DNA of 43,653 nt from Candidatus Omnitrophota bacterium (GCA_023142805.1 JAGLIU010000017.1:1-43653); one strand, 5' to 3'; positions 1 to 8,835 are shown, numbered from the stretch's first letter. Notes: generated by a model from the letters alone, not told the origin. Program-made: numbers and translations.

Positions 1-68
1 AAAAAGAAAATTTAGATGATTTTGCGATGTATCTATCTGGCATAGTCGAGACTTTAAAGCTGAAATAG
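1..68 (+). CDS. 3' end of a coiled-coil protein gene cut by the window edge (continuation of the ORF leaving the window at 43653)
   Basis: The frame starting at nt 3 is open from the window edge to TAG 66-68, just upstream of the GGAGG RBS of the next gene. Joining nt 43653 to nt 1 keeps the 43056.. ORF in frame (..NTAKA|KKENLDDFAMYLSGIVETLKLK*). Confidence 0.5.
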   Translation, partial: KENLDDFAMYLSGIVETLKLK

Positions 69-77
69 GAGGAATAA

Positions 78-299
78 GTGGACCAATTTAAAAAAGTGAC
101 GGAAAGGGCGATGGAGCATATTGACAATGAAGAGTACGGAAAAGCTGAAAAACTTTGGCTTGGTGTGATAAAACAAGACCTGGAAGCGCTCAAGGTGTAC
201 AAGTCGCGTAGAGCAAGGGCTATGATTGAGCTATCAAAGATTAAAACCATTAAGAAAGTGCGGGAGAATGCCGTACATACCGAAGAAGGGAGTTCTTAA
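78..299 (+). CDS. hypothetical protein (73 aa, Lys/Glu-rich, helical)
   Basis: GTG start a few nt downstream of GGAGG (68-72). Same orientation and tight packing with neighbouring genes. No recognisable family. Confidence 0.55.
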   Translation: MDQFKKVTERAMEHIDNEEYGKAEKLWLGVIKQDLEALKVYKSRRARAMIELSKIKTIKKVRENAVHTEEGSS

Positions 300-303
300 A
301 AAA

Positions 304-447
304 ATGAATAATAACGGAATCAAATTTTTCATAAGTCAAATTTCCTGGATTGAGGCGGTGGTTGTAATTGCTGCTCTTGTGTCCTGGGGAATATTTGTAG
401 CGGGAATATTTGTATGGAGGTTAATAGAATGGTGGTTTGTGGGATAG
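304..447 (+). CDS. small membrane protein (47 aa)
   Basis: ATG 304 lies inside the 226..447 ORF. There is one clear hydrophobic helix (AVVVIAALVSWGIFVAGIFVW). The 226 start would overlap the previous gene by 74 nt. Confidence 0.45.
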   Translation: MNNNGIKFFISQISWIEAVVVIAALVSWGIFVAGIFVWRLIEWWFVG

Positions 448-557
448 TTATTTTTATGGCTGTTGTGTGTTGTGTATTCGTAACCACAACCGACACGGCT
501 TCGGAAGACACGGATATAACATGAAAAAAGTGCTTGAAATAAAACGGAGGAATGCAA

Positions 558-1265
558 ATGTCAAAAATAGAATGGACAGATAAAACCTGGAACCCTGTAA
601 CGGGATGCGATAGAATTAGCGATGGGTGCAAAAATTGTTATGCTAGAAAAATGGCCCAGCGCTTACATGCAATGGGTTTAGAAAAATACAGGAATAATTT
701 TGAGGTAACCTGCCATCCGTTTGCCTTGAATCAGCCGCTAAAATGGAAAAAGCCTAAAAATATATTTGTAAATTCAATGAGCGATTTGTTTCACTATGAA
801 GTCTCAACAATTTTTATACTGAAAATTTTTGAAGTCATGAACAATGCGTATTGGCACAAGTTTCAAATATTGACAAAACGCTCAGAAAGGTTGCTCGAAA
901 CAATATACACGCTTCCGTGGAAAGACCACGTGTGGATGGGCGTCACTGTTGAGGATATCGGCAATCTTGATAGAATTAACAGTTTGAGAATGTGCAGGGC
1001 AAAGAACAAATTTATCTCCTTTGAGCCATTACTGGAAGATTTGGGCGAAATCAATCTTGACGGCATTGACTGGGTAATAGTCGGAGGCGAAACCGGACCA
1101 GGCGCACGGCCAATGGAAACGGAATGGGTGCTTAAAATACTACAACAATGCAAAAAACAAAATGTCCCGTTCTTTTTTAAGCATTGGGGAGGGGTTCGCA
1201 AAAAGAAAGACGACCACTTGATTTGTGGCAAGGAATTTAGAGCCAACCCCATGGAGGGCGCATGA
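558..1265 (+). CDS. DUF5131 / phage Gp37-Gp68 family protein
   Basis: The N-terminal IEWTDKTWNPVTGC-x6-GCKNCYA signature is characteristic of this family. ATG 558 lies 7 nt after GGAGG (546-550). The ORF-track start is 552. Confidence 0.85.
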   Translation: MSKIEWTDKTWNPVTGCDRISDGCKNCYARKMAQRLHAMGLEKYRNNFEVTCHPFALNQPLKWKKPKNIFVNSMSDLFHYEVSTIFILKIFEVMNNAYWHKFQILTKRSERLLETIYTLPWKDHVWMGVTVEDIGNLDRINSLRMCRAKNKFISFEPLLEDLGEINLDGIDWVIVGGETGPGARPMETEWVLKILQQCKKQNVPFFFKHWGGVRKKKDDHLICGKEFRANPMEGA

Positions 1266-1471
1266 TAGAACTTGACCCACTCGTAGCATTGGTCAACATT
1301 GTTTTGTTGCTAATTTTCTGGGTTGTCGTCAGGAAACTCCAAAGAAAGCAGCCAGACATAACCCCCGTACGTTGTGGGGAGTGCGGAAGAACATTTACAT
1401 TTGAAATAGATGGAGTCATTTGTTGCAACAAGATTTGTCCACATTGTAATATAAGGAGCAGACGGAAATGA
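1262..1471 (+). CDS. membrane-anchored zinc-ribbon protein (69 aa)
   Basis: ATGA overlap with the previous stop. An N-terminal TM helix (LVALVNIVLLLIFWVVV) is followed by CGEC..CPHC. Confidence 0.6.
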   Translation: MIELDPLVALVNIVLLLIFWVVVRKLQRKQPDITPVRCGECGRTFTFEIDGVICCNKICPHCNIRSRRK

Positions 1472-1800
1472 ATGTTAATTGGCAATATCCTAAAACAGAA
1501 ATTGACTATCTGGTACTGGCATCATTGCTCTGGAAAGACATCGCTGATAATGGGTATGAAAATAAAAAAGAATCTAAATACTGGAAATATGTGTGGGCCA
1601 TGAAGAGCCGGTGCCCATGCTGTGATTTTTATGAAAATTGCAGGAGTTGCCCGCTTGGAGAGGGGTATCGCTATTGCGAAACCATATACCAGGAATGGCG
1701 TAGCACATGTAGTTTCACAGGTAGAAAAAAAGCTGCTCAAAAAATATACGATCACCTAAAGCAAACAATAATAAATTTAAAATTAACAAGGGAAAAGTGA
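1468..1800 (+). CDS. Cys-rich hypothetical protein (110 aa)
   Basis: AAGGAG RBS. The start overlaps the previous stop. Contains CPCC, CRSC and further Cys residues. No family recognised. Confidence 0.6.
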   Translation: MNVNWQYPKTEIDYLVLASLLWKDIADNGYENKKESKYWKYVWAMKSRCPCCDFYENCRSCPLGEGYRYCETIYQEWRSTCSFTGRKKAAQKIYDHLKQTIINLKLTREK

Positions 1801-1955
1801 TGTCAGCAAAAGAAGAGGTGTCTTTACGGATAGCTATTGATCCGGATTTAAAAAATGCGTTTGTGTTATTCTGTCATCTAAGAAAGTCTACACAAAAAAA
1901 ATACATTACAATATGCATACAAGCCGCTGTGGATTCCATTAAAAAGAAAGATTAA
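1800..1955 (+). CDS. possible ribbon-helix-helix DNA-binding protein (51 aa)
   Basis: ORF below the track cutoff (MSAKEEVSLRIAIDPDLKNAFVLFCHLRKSTQKKYITICIQAAVDSIKKKD). Its ATG shares a base with the upstream TGA, and it ends 3 nt before the primase gene. The strand-helix-helix pattern is RHH-like. Confidence 0.5.
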   Translation: MSAKEEVSLRIAIDPDLKNAFVLFCHLRKSTQKKYITICIQAAVDSIKKKD

Positions 1956-1958
1956 CAA

Positions 1959-4715
1959 ATGTCAATTGATTTCGATTTAATAAACCAAAATGCGTTAGTT
2001 GGTCTTGCCTCCCTTGTGTGTGTGTGGTTGCCAGGGGGACACCTAAAAGGCAGAGAATATGTGGCCAAAAACCCAAATAGACCAGACGATAGTGTAGGTT
2101 CTCTGAGTATTAATGTTGACACCTGTTTATGGTCCGATTTCGCAGTACCTGGAATTGGCGGTAATGACCCGGTGTCATTATATGCGTTTGTGTTCAATCT
2201 CAAACAAGGCGAAGCTGCCAAGAAATTGCAGGGAGAATTAAATATTGTTCCCCTTAAATCAATTGAGGCACCCAAACAACAGACGAACCCATGGATACCA
2301 ATAGTTCCAGTCCTTCCATCGGCACCACCACCACCAAAGGAATATTGTAGGAAAAACGGAAAAAATAATGGCCTTAAAAAATATCCTATAATAGAATACT
2401 ACAAATACAAAACTAAAAAAGGCGACCTGGCAGGGTACACGTTTCGGATTAAAAACGAGCACGGAAAAAAAGAGGTGCTCCCCTTGACATATTGTAAGAG
2501 CGGCACAAAATTGAGCTGGAGGTTTAAATCTTGGTCTACACCAAGGCCAATATACAAACTTGACAGATTGGTAGCCAACAAAACCGCCCAGGTTCTGGTG
2601 GTCGAAGGTGAGAAATGCGCTGATGCGGCAACAATGCTATTTGAAAACCATAGTAACATTGTGCCCATAGCATGGATAGGTGGAGGCAAAGGTGTTAATA
2701 ATATAAAGTGGCTTCCTCTAAAAAACAGAAAAGTTATTTTCTGGCCCGATGCGGATTCGCAGAAATATGAGAATTCCCACAAAAACGCAGGTGAAGAAAG
2801 GGCTTTTGTGGATCAGCCCGGACCTATGGCAATGATAAAGATTTACAATATGGTAGTTCGAGGTGTAAAGGGGGCGCGAATTATTGTCCCTCCTCCTCCA
2901 TACCGTGATGGGTGGGATATTGCTGACGCTATAGAAAGTGGGTGGGACGCTGAAAAAGTGCTTGACTTTATAAAAAACAATATTGTTGATTTTGACAGCC
3001 TTTCCCAGAAGCCGAGAAAGATTGCGGTTAACTCAGTACAACAACCGTTTAAATGCCTTGGATATAATTCAAATGCAAAAACTATTGTATACTACTACCT
3101 CCCAGCGGGGACGCTTAAAGTGATAGAACTCACGGCAAATGGTCACGGCAAAATGAATTTGCTTTCACTCGCTCCTATCACATATTTTGAACGAGAATAC
3201 CCCGCCAAAAACGGCGCTGATTACATGGCGGCCGCTGATGACATGATTAGACACAGCGAAAAGTCAGGACTCTATGACCCGCTTAGGTGTAGGGGGCGTG
3301 GCGCTTGGTTTGACAAGGGGAGAACTGTTTTGCATATAGGAAACAAGCTAATAGTTGACGGCAGGGAATGCCAGATTGAAGATTTTGATTCTTATTACAT
3401 ATATGAGGCTGAAATTCCTACAGAAAATATGGATTATTTTATTAGGGAGCCGCTTAAAGTGTCGGAGTCGCAAAAACTTATAGAGATTACTGACATGTTT
3501 TCCTGGGAAAAAAGCATTAGCTCCAAACTGTTTGCTGGTTGGCTTGTTCTTGCTCCAATTTGTGGCGCTGTAGACTGGAGGCCTCACATATGGCTTACCG
3601 GCGAATCTGGTACTGGCAAGACCTGGATTCAAGAAAGAGTTATACCGCCAATTCTTGGCAAGGCCGTGCTAAATGTTTCGTCAAACAGTACTGAAGCTGG
3701 CATTAGAATGTCATTGACAAACGACGCTTTTCCGGTAACGTTCGATGAAGCCGAGGCCGAAACGAAAAGGGCGTCAATCCGCATTCAAGAAATTGTGGAG
3801 CTTGCAAGAAAATCATCAAGTAATGGAATGGCTTCCATTGTCAAGGGCTCGGCGAGTGGGCAAGCAATTGCGTATGTTATTAGGTCATGTTTTTTGTTTG
3901 CTTCCGTAAATCCATCAATTGATCAGCAGGCAGATGTGAGTAGGATAACACTACTAAAGCTTGTTAAGCGCGGCGACTATGAAGATGGCAGCAAGTTTGA
4001 TGATCTCAAAAACGAGGTTTCAGAAGTGTTGACAGACAAGTTTTGCGCTCAATTACGTGCGAGATCAATAACGCTCATCCCAACAATAAGAAAAAATGCC
4101 GAAATATTTTCAACGGCAATGTCAAGAATTTTTAAGAGCAAACGCACCGGGGACCAGATGGGTACGCTACTCGCTGGCGCTTTTTCTCTTAGGTCCGATA
4201 AGGTAATAGGTTTGGGTGCCGCATTAAAATGGGCTGAGTCAGTGAATTGGGACGATGGCACTGTATCAGACAATGCGCCAGATCAAAACCGGTGTATGGA
4301 GGCGATATTGCAACAGGTCGTGTCTATAGATTCGGGTGGGAAAACTGAGGCTGTAGGTTCTCTCATTCGCAAAGCCGGGCGGCCACGGCAGGCCACGGCT
4401 GACGTTGCAAATGATAACGAGATAGAAAACATTCGCATAGCAGCACGGGAGGTACTGCGAAAACATGGAATAACTACTGTGTTGCCATGTGGTAGCCAGT
4501 CGTACTATGTGGCTTTTGCGTGTAGCCATGCACTACTCAAGCGGTTGCTAAGTGAAACGCCTTGGGGAACGGGGTACAGGCACATACTCATGAGGCATGA
4601 CGGAGCAGAAGTCAAGAACGCTGTGTTCGCAGATAAGCGCAGATCGGCAGCAATATTAATACCGTATTGGATTATTTTTCCGGAGGATTTTGAAGATGAA
4701 CAAAGCAGATTTTAA
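1959..4715 (+). CDS. bifunctional DNA primase / helicase (TOPRIM N-half, P-loop NTPase C-half; P4 alpha / DUF927-like architecture)
   Basis: 918 aa. TOPRIM-like motifs VLVVEGEKCADAA and VIFWPDADS. Walker A LTGESGTGKTW and Walker B-like VTFDEAEA. Confidence 0.9.
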   Translation: MSIDFDLINQNALVGLASLVCVWLPGGHLKGREYVAKNPNRPDDSVGSLSINVDTCLWSDFAVPGIGGNDPVSLYAFVFNLKQGEAAKKLQGELNIVPLKSIEAPKQQTNPWIPIVPVLPSAPPPPKEYCRKNGKNNGLKKYPIIEYYKYKTKKGDLAGYTFRIKNEHGKKEVLPLTYCKSGTKLSWRFKSWSTPRPIYKLDRLVANKTAQVLVVEGEKCADAATMLFENHSNIVPIAWIGGGKGVNNIKWLPLKNRKVIFWPDADSQKYENSHKNAGEERAFVDQPGPMAMIKIYNMVVRGVKGARIIVPPPPYRDGWDIADAIESGWDAEKVLDFIKNNIVDFDSLSQKPRKIAVNSVQQPFKCLGYNSNAKTIVYYYLPAGTLKVIELTANGHGKMNLLSLAPITYFEREYPAKNGADYMAAADDMIRHSEKSGLYDPLRCRGRGAWFDKGRTVLHIGNKLIVDGRECQIEDFDSYYIYEAEIPTENMDYFIREPLKVSESQKLIEITDMFSWEKSISSKLFAGWLVLAPICGAVDWRPHIWLTGESGTGKTWIQERVIPPILGKAVLNVSSNSTEAGIRMSLTNDAFPVTFDEAEAETKRASIRIQEIVELARKSSSNGMASIVKGSASGQAIAYVIRSCFLFASVNPSIDQQADVSRITLLKLVKRGDYEDGSKFDDLKNEVSEVLTDKFCAQLRARSITLIPTIRKNAEIFSTAMSRIFKSKRTGDQMGTLLAGAFSLRSDKVIGLGAALKWAESVNWDDGTVSDNAPDQNRCMEAILQQVVSIDSGGKTEAVGSLIRKAGRPRQATADVANDNEIENIRIAAREVLRKHGITTVLPCGSQSYYVAFACSHALLKRLLSETPWGTGYRHILMRHDGAEVKNAVFADKRRSAAILIPYWIIFPEDFEDEQSRF

Positions 4716-5199
4716 ACTAAGTGCGCTTGATATTGAATTAGCGGTGGTTGAATTTTTTAACCCAAGACAAAATCTAATTGTTCCAAATGTGTGGTGGTCG
4801 TATTTTAAACACGAGTGCGATTTGCTTGTGTTGACAAAATCAAACTATGCCTATGAGATTGAAATCAAGACTACTCTCTCAGATTTGAAAAAAGATTTAT
4901 TAAAAAAACACGGGCATTACGATCACAAAATTAAAAGATTGTATTTTGCGATTCCCGAAAGCTTGGAAAAACACATTGTGCATATCCCAGAAAGGGCGGG
5001 GGTGCTGGCCGTAAAGCCAAGGCAAGGCAGGACGTTTTCTGGTGAAAAAATTATCTATACCCACCTGAGTGTTTTAAGAAAAGCCAAAGACACATCGAAA
5101 TATAAATTCTCAAATGAAGATAGATATAATTTAGCCAGACTTGGCACAATGCGAGTTTGGAAGCTGAAACAAAAGTTACAAGGAGGCAAAAATGTGTGA
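4696..5199 (+). CDS. MmcB-like / PD-(D/E)XK nuclease family protein
   Basis: Core motif ECDLLVL..YEIEIKTTLSDLKKD, then LYFAIPE..GVLAV, as in the MmcB (DUF1052) family. ATG 4696 follows GGAGG 4682-4686. TTG 4690 is the ORF-track start. Confidence 0.7.
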   Translation: MNKADFKLSALDIELAVVEFFNPRQNLIVPNVWWSYFKHECDLLVLTKSNYAYEIEIKTTLSDLKKDLLKKHGHYDHKIKRLYFAIPESLEKHIVHIPERAGVLAVKPRQGRTFSGEKIIYTHLSVLRKAKDTSKYKFSNEDRYNLARLGTMRVWKLKQKLQGGKNV

Positions 5200-5731
5200 A
5201 ATAAGCGTAGAGGTTCTAAGCGAAAACGGATACCACCAAGCCATGTTGGGATTGTCCCTAAACAAAGATCAGCCCGTAGAAAAAATGGGAGATGTTGCAA
5301 ACAAATTGTGTGATAAAGACGGCGGCCACAATAAATTTATGGAACAAATAATTGTATGGCTAATGGTTCGCGCACCGCGCTACTGGTGGCAAGAAGCGGA
5401 TACTTACAGAATGTCAAGCAAGAGTAGCCAGTCAACTATGCACACCATTCTGAGCAACAGGTTGGCCCCACAAAATTTTGAATTGGACAGTGTGACACAT
5501 GAAACCCTTGATTTTTGCAATTATTTTATACGCAACAATAAATTGTTTGAGCTTAAGCGAGTGCTTCCAGAGGGTTTCATGCAAAAAAGAATGTGGATGC
5601 TTTCGTACAAAGCCATTAGGAATATTGTTTTGCAAAGAAAAAACCACAGATTACCACATTGGACAAAACTTATATCAGTGCTTCGCAACAATTTGAAGCA
5701 TCCAGAACTTTTACCATTTGACAAGGAGTGA
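5192..5731 (+). CDS. ThyX-like (flavin-dependent thymidylate synthase fold) protein with degenerate signature motif
   Basis: HNKFMEQIIVWLMVRAPRYWWQEADTYRMSSKSSQSTMH aligns by eye to the ThyX segment HETPFEHI..V(K/R)AP.FV.RQ..RHR......S.R. VLPEGFMQKRMWMLSYKAIRNIVLQR aligns to ThyX VLP...YT...W..N.R.L.NF..LR. The RHR motif is replaced by TYR. GGAGG RBS. Confidence 0.6.
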   Translation: MCEISVEVLSENGYHQAMLGLSLNKDQPVEKMGDVANKLCDKDGGHNKFMEQIIVWLMVRAPRYWWQEADTYRMSSKSSQSTMHTILSNRLAPQNFELDSVTHETLDFCNYFIRNNKLFELKRVLPEGFMQKRMWMLSYKAIRNIVLQRKNHRLPHWTKLISVLRNNLKHPELLPFDKE

Positions 5732-5734
5732 AAA

Positions 5735-6337
5735 ATGTACAGCCCATTCGAAAGCGGAATAACATATCATGGAGATAGTGCCAATGATCCCATGATTGAA
5801 AACTTTAGCTATGTTGGCGAACCAATATCAATAGAAACCATGAAACCCATGTGGCGCATTACAAAAGGAAACATGAGGCTCAAAAGCAATTGTCCATCTG
5901 GGGGATTTGCTGAAATTAATGAGACTATGCGTGTTGTGTGGTCCGGAAAAGCATATTACAAAACGTGTATATCTGTTTCGTTTACAAAAAAAGATATGAA
6001 AATGATTAATGATTACGAGGGGTTCCACATTATGTTTAGATATCAAAACTCAGATAATTTATATGTGGCATCTATTAGAAATGACCAGAGAATCGTTGTA
6101 AAAAAAAAGGTAAATGGAATTTACAAAACGTTGTTTGAGGTTGGTTTTGTTCATGTTGTAAACGAAATAATTAACGCATCCCTGCAAATTGACGAAGGCT
6201 ATTTGGACTTGGTGGTAAATGGTGTTTGTTGTACTGTCGACTTTCCTGGCAACGAACTACCGTACGGCTCCATTGGGTTTAGGGGCGATAATTTAACCGC
6301 AGAAATTCACAAAGTTTCAGCAGGAATTTTGAAATGA
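5735..6337 (+). CDS. hypothetical protein, possibly a concanavalin/LamG-like beta-sandwich
   Basis: AAGGAG RBS. 200 aa, beta-rich. GFHIMFRYQNSDNLYVASI and GSIGFRGDNLTAEIHKV resemble lectin/DUF1080-type jelly-roll motifs. The fold call is weak. Confidence 0.55.
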   Translation: MYSPFESGITYHGDSANDPMIENFSYVGEPISIETMKPMWRITKGNMRLKSNCPSGGFAEINETMRVVWSGKAYYKTCISVSFTKKDMKMINDYEGFHIMFRYQNSDNLYVASIRNDQRIVVKKKVNGIYKTLFEVGFVHVVNEIINASLQIDEGYLDLVVNGVCCTVDFPGNELPYGSIGFRGDNLTAEIHKVSAGILK

Positions 6338-6516
6338 ATATAGAACAAATTTGTGCTATAATCAAAGAGGAGCTTGCACTACTAAGCATACTCAAGCGGC
6401 CAGAACACGGGCAAATGTTAATTGACAATGTAAGAATTAGATTAAAGATGAACCCAAGGGAATACTGTGAACACAAACCACTCTCTGAGACTATACCAGC
6501 AAAAAGCAGAAAATGA
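6334..6516 (+). CDS. small hypothetical protein (60 aa)
   Basis: ATGA overlap with the previous stop. The 3' end overlaps the GTG start of the helicase gene by 50 nt. Confidence 0.4.
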   Translation: MNIEQICAIIKEELALLSILKRPEHGQMLIDNVRIRLKMNPREYCEHKPLSETIPAKSRK

Positions 6517-7897
6517 CATTAGGATAGCGCTTAGAAAAGGCTGCAAAGCTCCGTTGTTAGTGCTGCCAACGGGATCGGGTAAAACACATATATTTACATC
6601 GATAGCGTCCAAGGCGGCTCAACGAGGAAACCGAACGCTGATAATAGTACACCGTTCTTTTCTCTGGGAGCAAGTAAGTAGTAAGCTGACAGACATAGGC
6701 GTTGAGCACGGCATCATTGCGCCGGGGCGTACGAGCACAGCGGACAAAATACAAATAGCATCAGTTGACACATTGATTAGAAGGCTTGACAAAACCACAA
6801 AGCCAGACATAATAATATATGATGAGGCACATCACGTAGTTGCTGGTAATAAATGGGGGCGTGTTGCCGAGTATTGGCCTGATGTACCAATAATAGGCGT
6901 TACGGCTACGCCTGTCAGAACCAGTGGACAGGGCTTGGGTGTTGGCTCTAATGGATATTTTGACCATCTAATCATAGGCGCTCAAATATCTGACTTGTCT
7001 CCTGAGTATATCGCTCCTTGTAAATTATTTGCCCCTACAGATATTGATCTATCCGGTGTAAAACGAGTGGCGGGAGATTACGACAGAAAGGAAGTCGGAA
7101 AACGAGTTGACACAAAAAAGATATACGGCTCTGTGCCAGGACACTACAAACTGATTTGCTATGGAGTTCCTGCAATAGCGTTTTGTGTGTCCATCAAGCA
7201 CGCTGAACACGTGTCCGAGGAATTTCAATCCGCTGGCATATCCTCCGCTTCTGTTTCTGGGAAAACCCCCAAAAACAGAAGGGAATATCTTTTTGATGCG
7301 TTGGCACGAGGGAAAATCATGGTGTTGACTTCATGCGATCTGGTAAGCGAGGGGTTTGATGTGCCTATTTGCGGATGCGCCATTTGCTTGCGCCCGACGC
7401 AATCACTTGGCCTTTGCTTACAGCAATGGGGGAGACCAGCGCGGCCGTACCCAGGTAAGAAGTGGGCTTACATACTGGACCATGTAGGGAATTATACTAG
7501 GCACGGAATGCCAAATGCTTATAGAGAATGGAGTTTGGAAGGCGCAAAACACAACCCAACAACCTCAAACGAGGAGGGTGTGGTAGCTGTTAGGACATGC
7601 CCAGTTTGCTTTAATGTTCACGCTCCAGCCCCAGTGTGTCCGGAGTGTAGCCATGTGTATGCGAACATGGGGAGGTTGCCCGAAACCGATGAACGTATTA
7701 GGTTAAGAGAAATTGAAATGGAAAAAGTTAAGGAGAATTTAAAAAAGCAAGATATAAAATTTCAGCGTGGAGGGTGTAGGTCGCTTGAGGAACTAGAGGA
7801 GTTTGCAAGGATTCATAACTACAAATCTGGATGGGCTCGCCATGTCTGGCAGTCCAGACAAAAGAAAGTGAGTAAATATGCAGTATGTAACTATTGA
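6467..7897 (+). CDS. superfamily-2 DEAD/DEAH-box helicase with C-terminal zinc ribbon
   Basis: LRLYQQ (Q/Ia-like), Walker A LPTGSGKTH, DEAH box IYDEAHH, helicase-C region, and CPVC..CPEC. GTG start, since there is no in-frame ATG before the conserved N-terminus. Confidence 0.9.
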   Translation: MNTNHSLRLYQQKAENDIRIALRKGCKAPLLVLPTGSGKTHIFTSIASKAAQRGNRTLIIVHRSFLWEQVSSKLTDIGVEHGIIAPGRTSTADKIQIASVDTLIRRLDKTTKPDIIIYDEAHHVVAGNKWGRVAEYWPDVPIIGVTATPVRTSGQGLGVGSNGYFDHLIIGAQISDLSPEYIAPCKLFAPTDIDLSGVKRVAGDYDRKEVGKRVDTKKIYGSVPGHYKLICYGVPAIAFCVSIKHAEHVSEEFQSAGISSASVSGKTPKNRREYLFDALARGKIMVLTSCDLVSEGFDVPICGCAICLRPTQSLGLCLQQWGRPARPYPGKKWAYILDHVGNYTRHGMPNAYREWSLEGAKHNPTTSNEEGVVAVRTCPVCFNVHAPAPVCPECSHVYANMGRLPETDERIRLREIEMEKVKENLKKQDIKFQRGGCRSLEELEEFARIHNYKSGWARHVWQSRQKKVSKYAVCNY

Positions 7898-7957
7898 CCA
7901 AGTTAAAAAAGCATTTTTTAATACTATTTGTTGTATCATATGTGAAGGAGGAAAATA

Positions 7958-8317
7958 ATGCCAGGGTATAATTTTAAAGAAAGATTTGCCAGCATGATAG
8001 AATCAGGTGACAAAAGACAAACAATAAGAGCAATCCGGAAAGATGGGTGGGTCCCAAAAGTGGGCAGTACGGCTTACTGCTACACCGGAATGAGGACTAA
8101 AAAATGTCGTAAGTTGGGTGAATTTAAGATTAAGTCGGTGCACTCCATTAAAATAGGCAGATATGGCTATAGCTGTGTCTCTATTTTTGAAAAAGAAAAT
8201 AGTTTTAAAATGGAAAGATTTGCAAAGGCAGATGGGTTTGACACGTGGGAGGACCTGACTTGCTTTTTTATCAAAACTCACGCTCTCCCATTCAGGGGGC
8301 TCTTGATAAAATGGTAA
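7958..8317 (+). CDS. ASCH domain protein
   Basis: GGAGG RBS. The N-terminal FKERFASMIESGDKRQTIR matches the ASCH signature (F...I.sG.K..T.R). Confidence 0.65.
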   Translation: MPGYNFKERFASMIESGDKRQTIRAIRKDGWVPKVGSTAYCYTGMRTKKCRKLGEFKIKSVHSIKIGRYGYSCVSIFEKENSFKMERFAKADGFDTWEDLTCFFIKTHALPFRGLLIKW

Positions 8318-8700
8318 ACTCTCATTACAACATTCGGTCCCAAACATTGATAAAAGCAAACAAAATCCCAGGTGTAAAGCTGTGGCCTAATCCCGTAGGG
8401 CTTGGGTATGCCGGTAGTGTAGCACATGAGTACAATGAGGGGGGGAATCATTTTGTGGTGCTAAAAAACCCTCGTAGAGTCCGGTATGGATTCGCTCCAG
8501 GCTCCAGTGATTGCATAGGATTTAGGCGCGAGTCTCATAATGGTGCGGTTATGCCACGTTTTGTGGCAATTGAAATCAAGGCCGGCAAGGACGTTCTCAG
8601 GCCGGCGCAAGGAAACTTCCTCAAAATGGTGAAAAATCACGGCGGAATCGCCGAAATAGTCAGAAATCCAGATGAGGTTATGGATATATTGCAGCGCTAA
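8311..8700 (+). CDS. VRR-NUC domain nuclease
   Basis: PGSSDCIGF..FVAIEIKAGKD.LRPAQ..F...V...GG is a D..ExK core followed by the typical VRR-NUC tail. ATG 8311 overlaps the ASCH stop (ATGGTAA). The 8245 start would overlap by 73 nt. Confidence 0.8.
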   Translation: MVNSHYNIRSQTLIKANKIPGVKLWPNPVGLGYAGSVAHEYNEGGNHFVVLKNPRRVRYGFAPGSSDCIGFRRESHNGAVMPRFVAIEIKAGKDVLRPAQGNFLKMVKNHGGIAEIVRNPDEVMDILQR

Positions 8701-8727
8701 CATATATAATGTAATAGGTAAAACAGC

Positions 8728-8793
8728 ATAAAATGCAAAAAAAATAATAAAATGCAAAAAAAACTTGACTTTCCCTCAGAAATGAGGTATTAT
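8728..8793 (+). promoter_or_regulatory. sigma70-like promoter with duplicated A-tract upstream element
   Basis: TTGACT (8765-8770), 17 nt spacer, TATTAT (8788-8793). Directly upstream are two copies of ATAAAATGCAAAAAAAA (8728-8744 and 8747-8763). Confidence 0.6.
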
Positions 8794-8835
8794 TATAGTA
8801 GAGGAAAAAACAAAACCCAAACCCAGGAGGATGAG

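Noticed and set aside
226-303. Longer start (226) for the small membrane protein ORF
   Set aside because: It would overlap gene 78..299 by 74 nt in another frame. ATG 304, directly after that gene's stop, is more parsimonious, although its RBS is weak.
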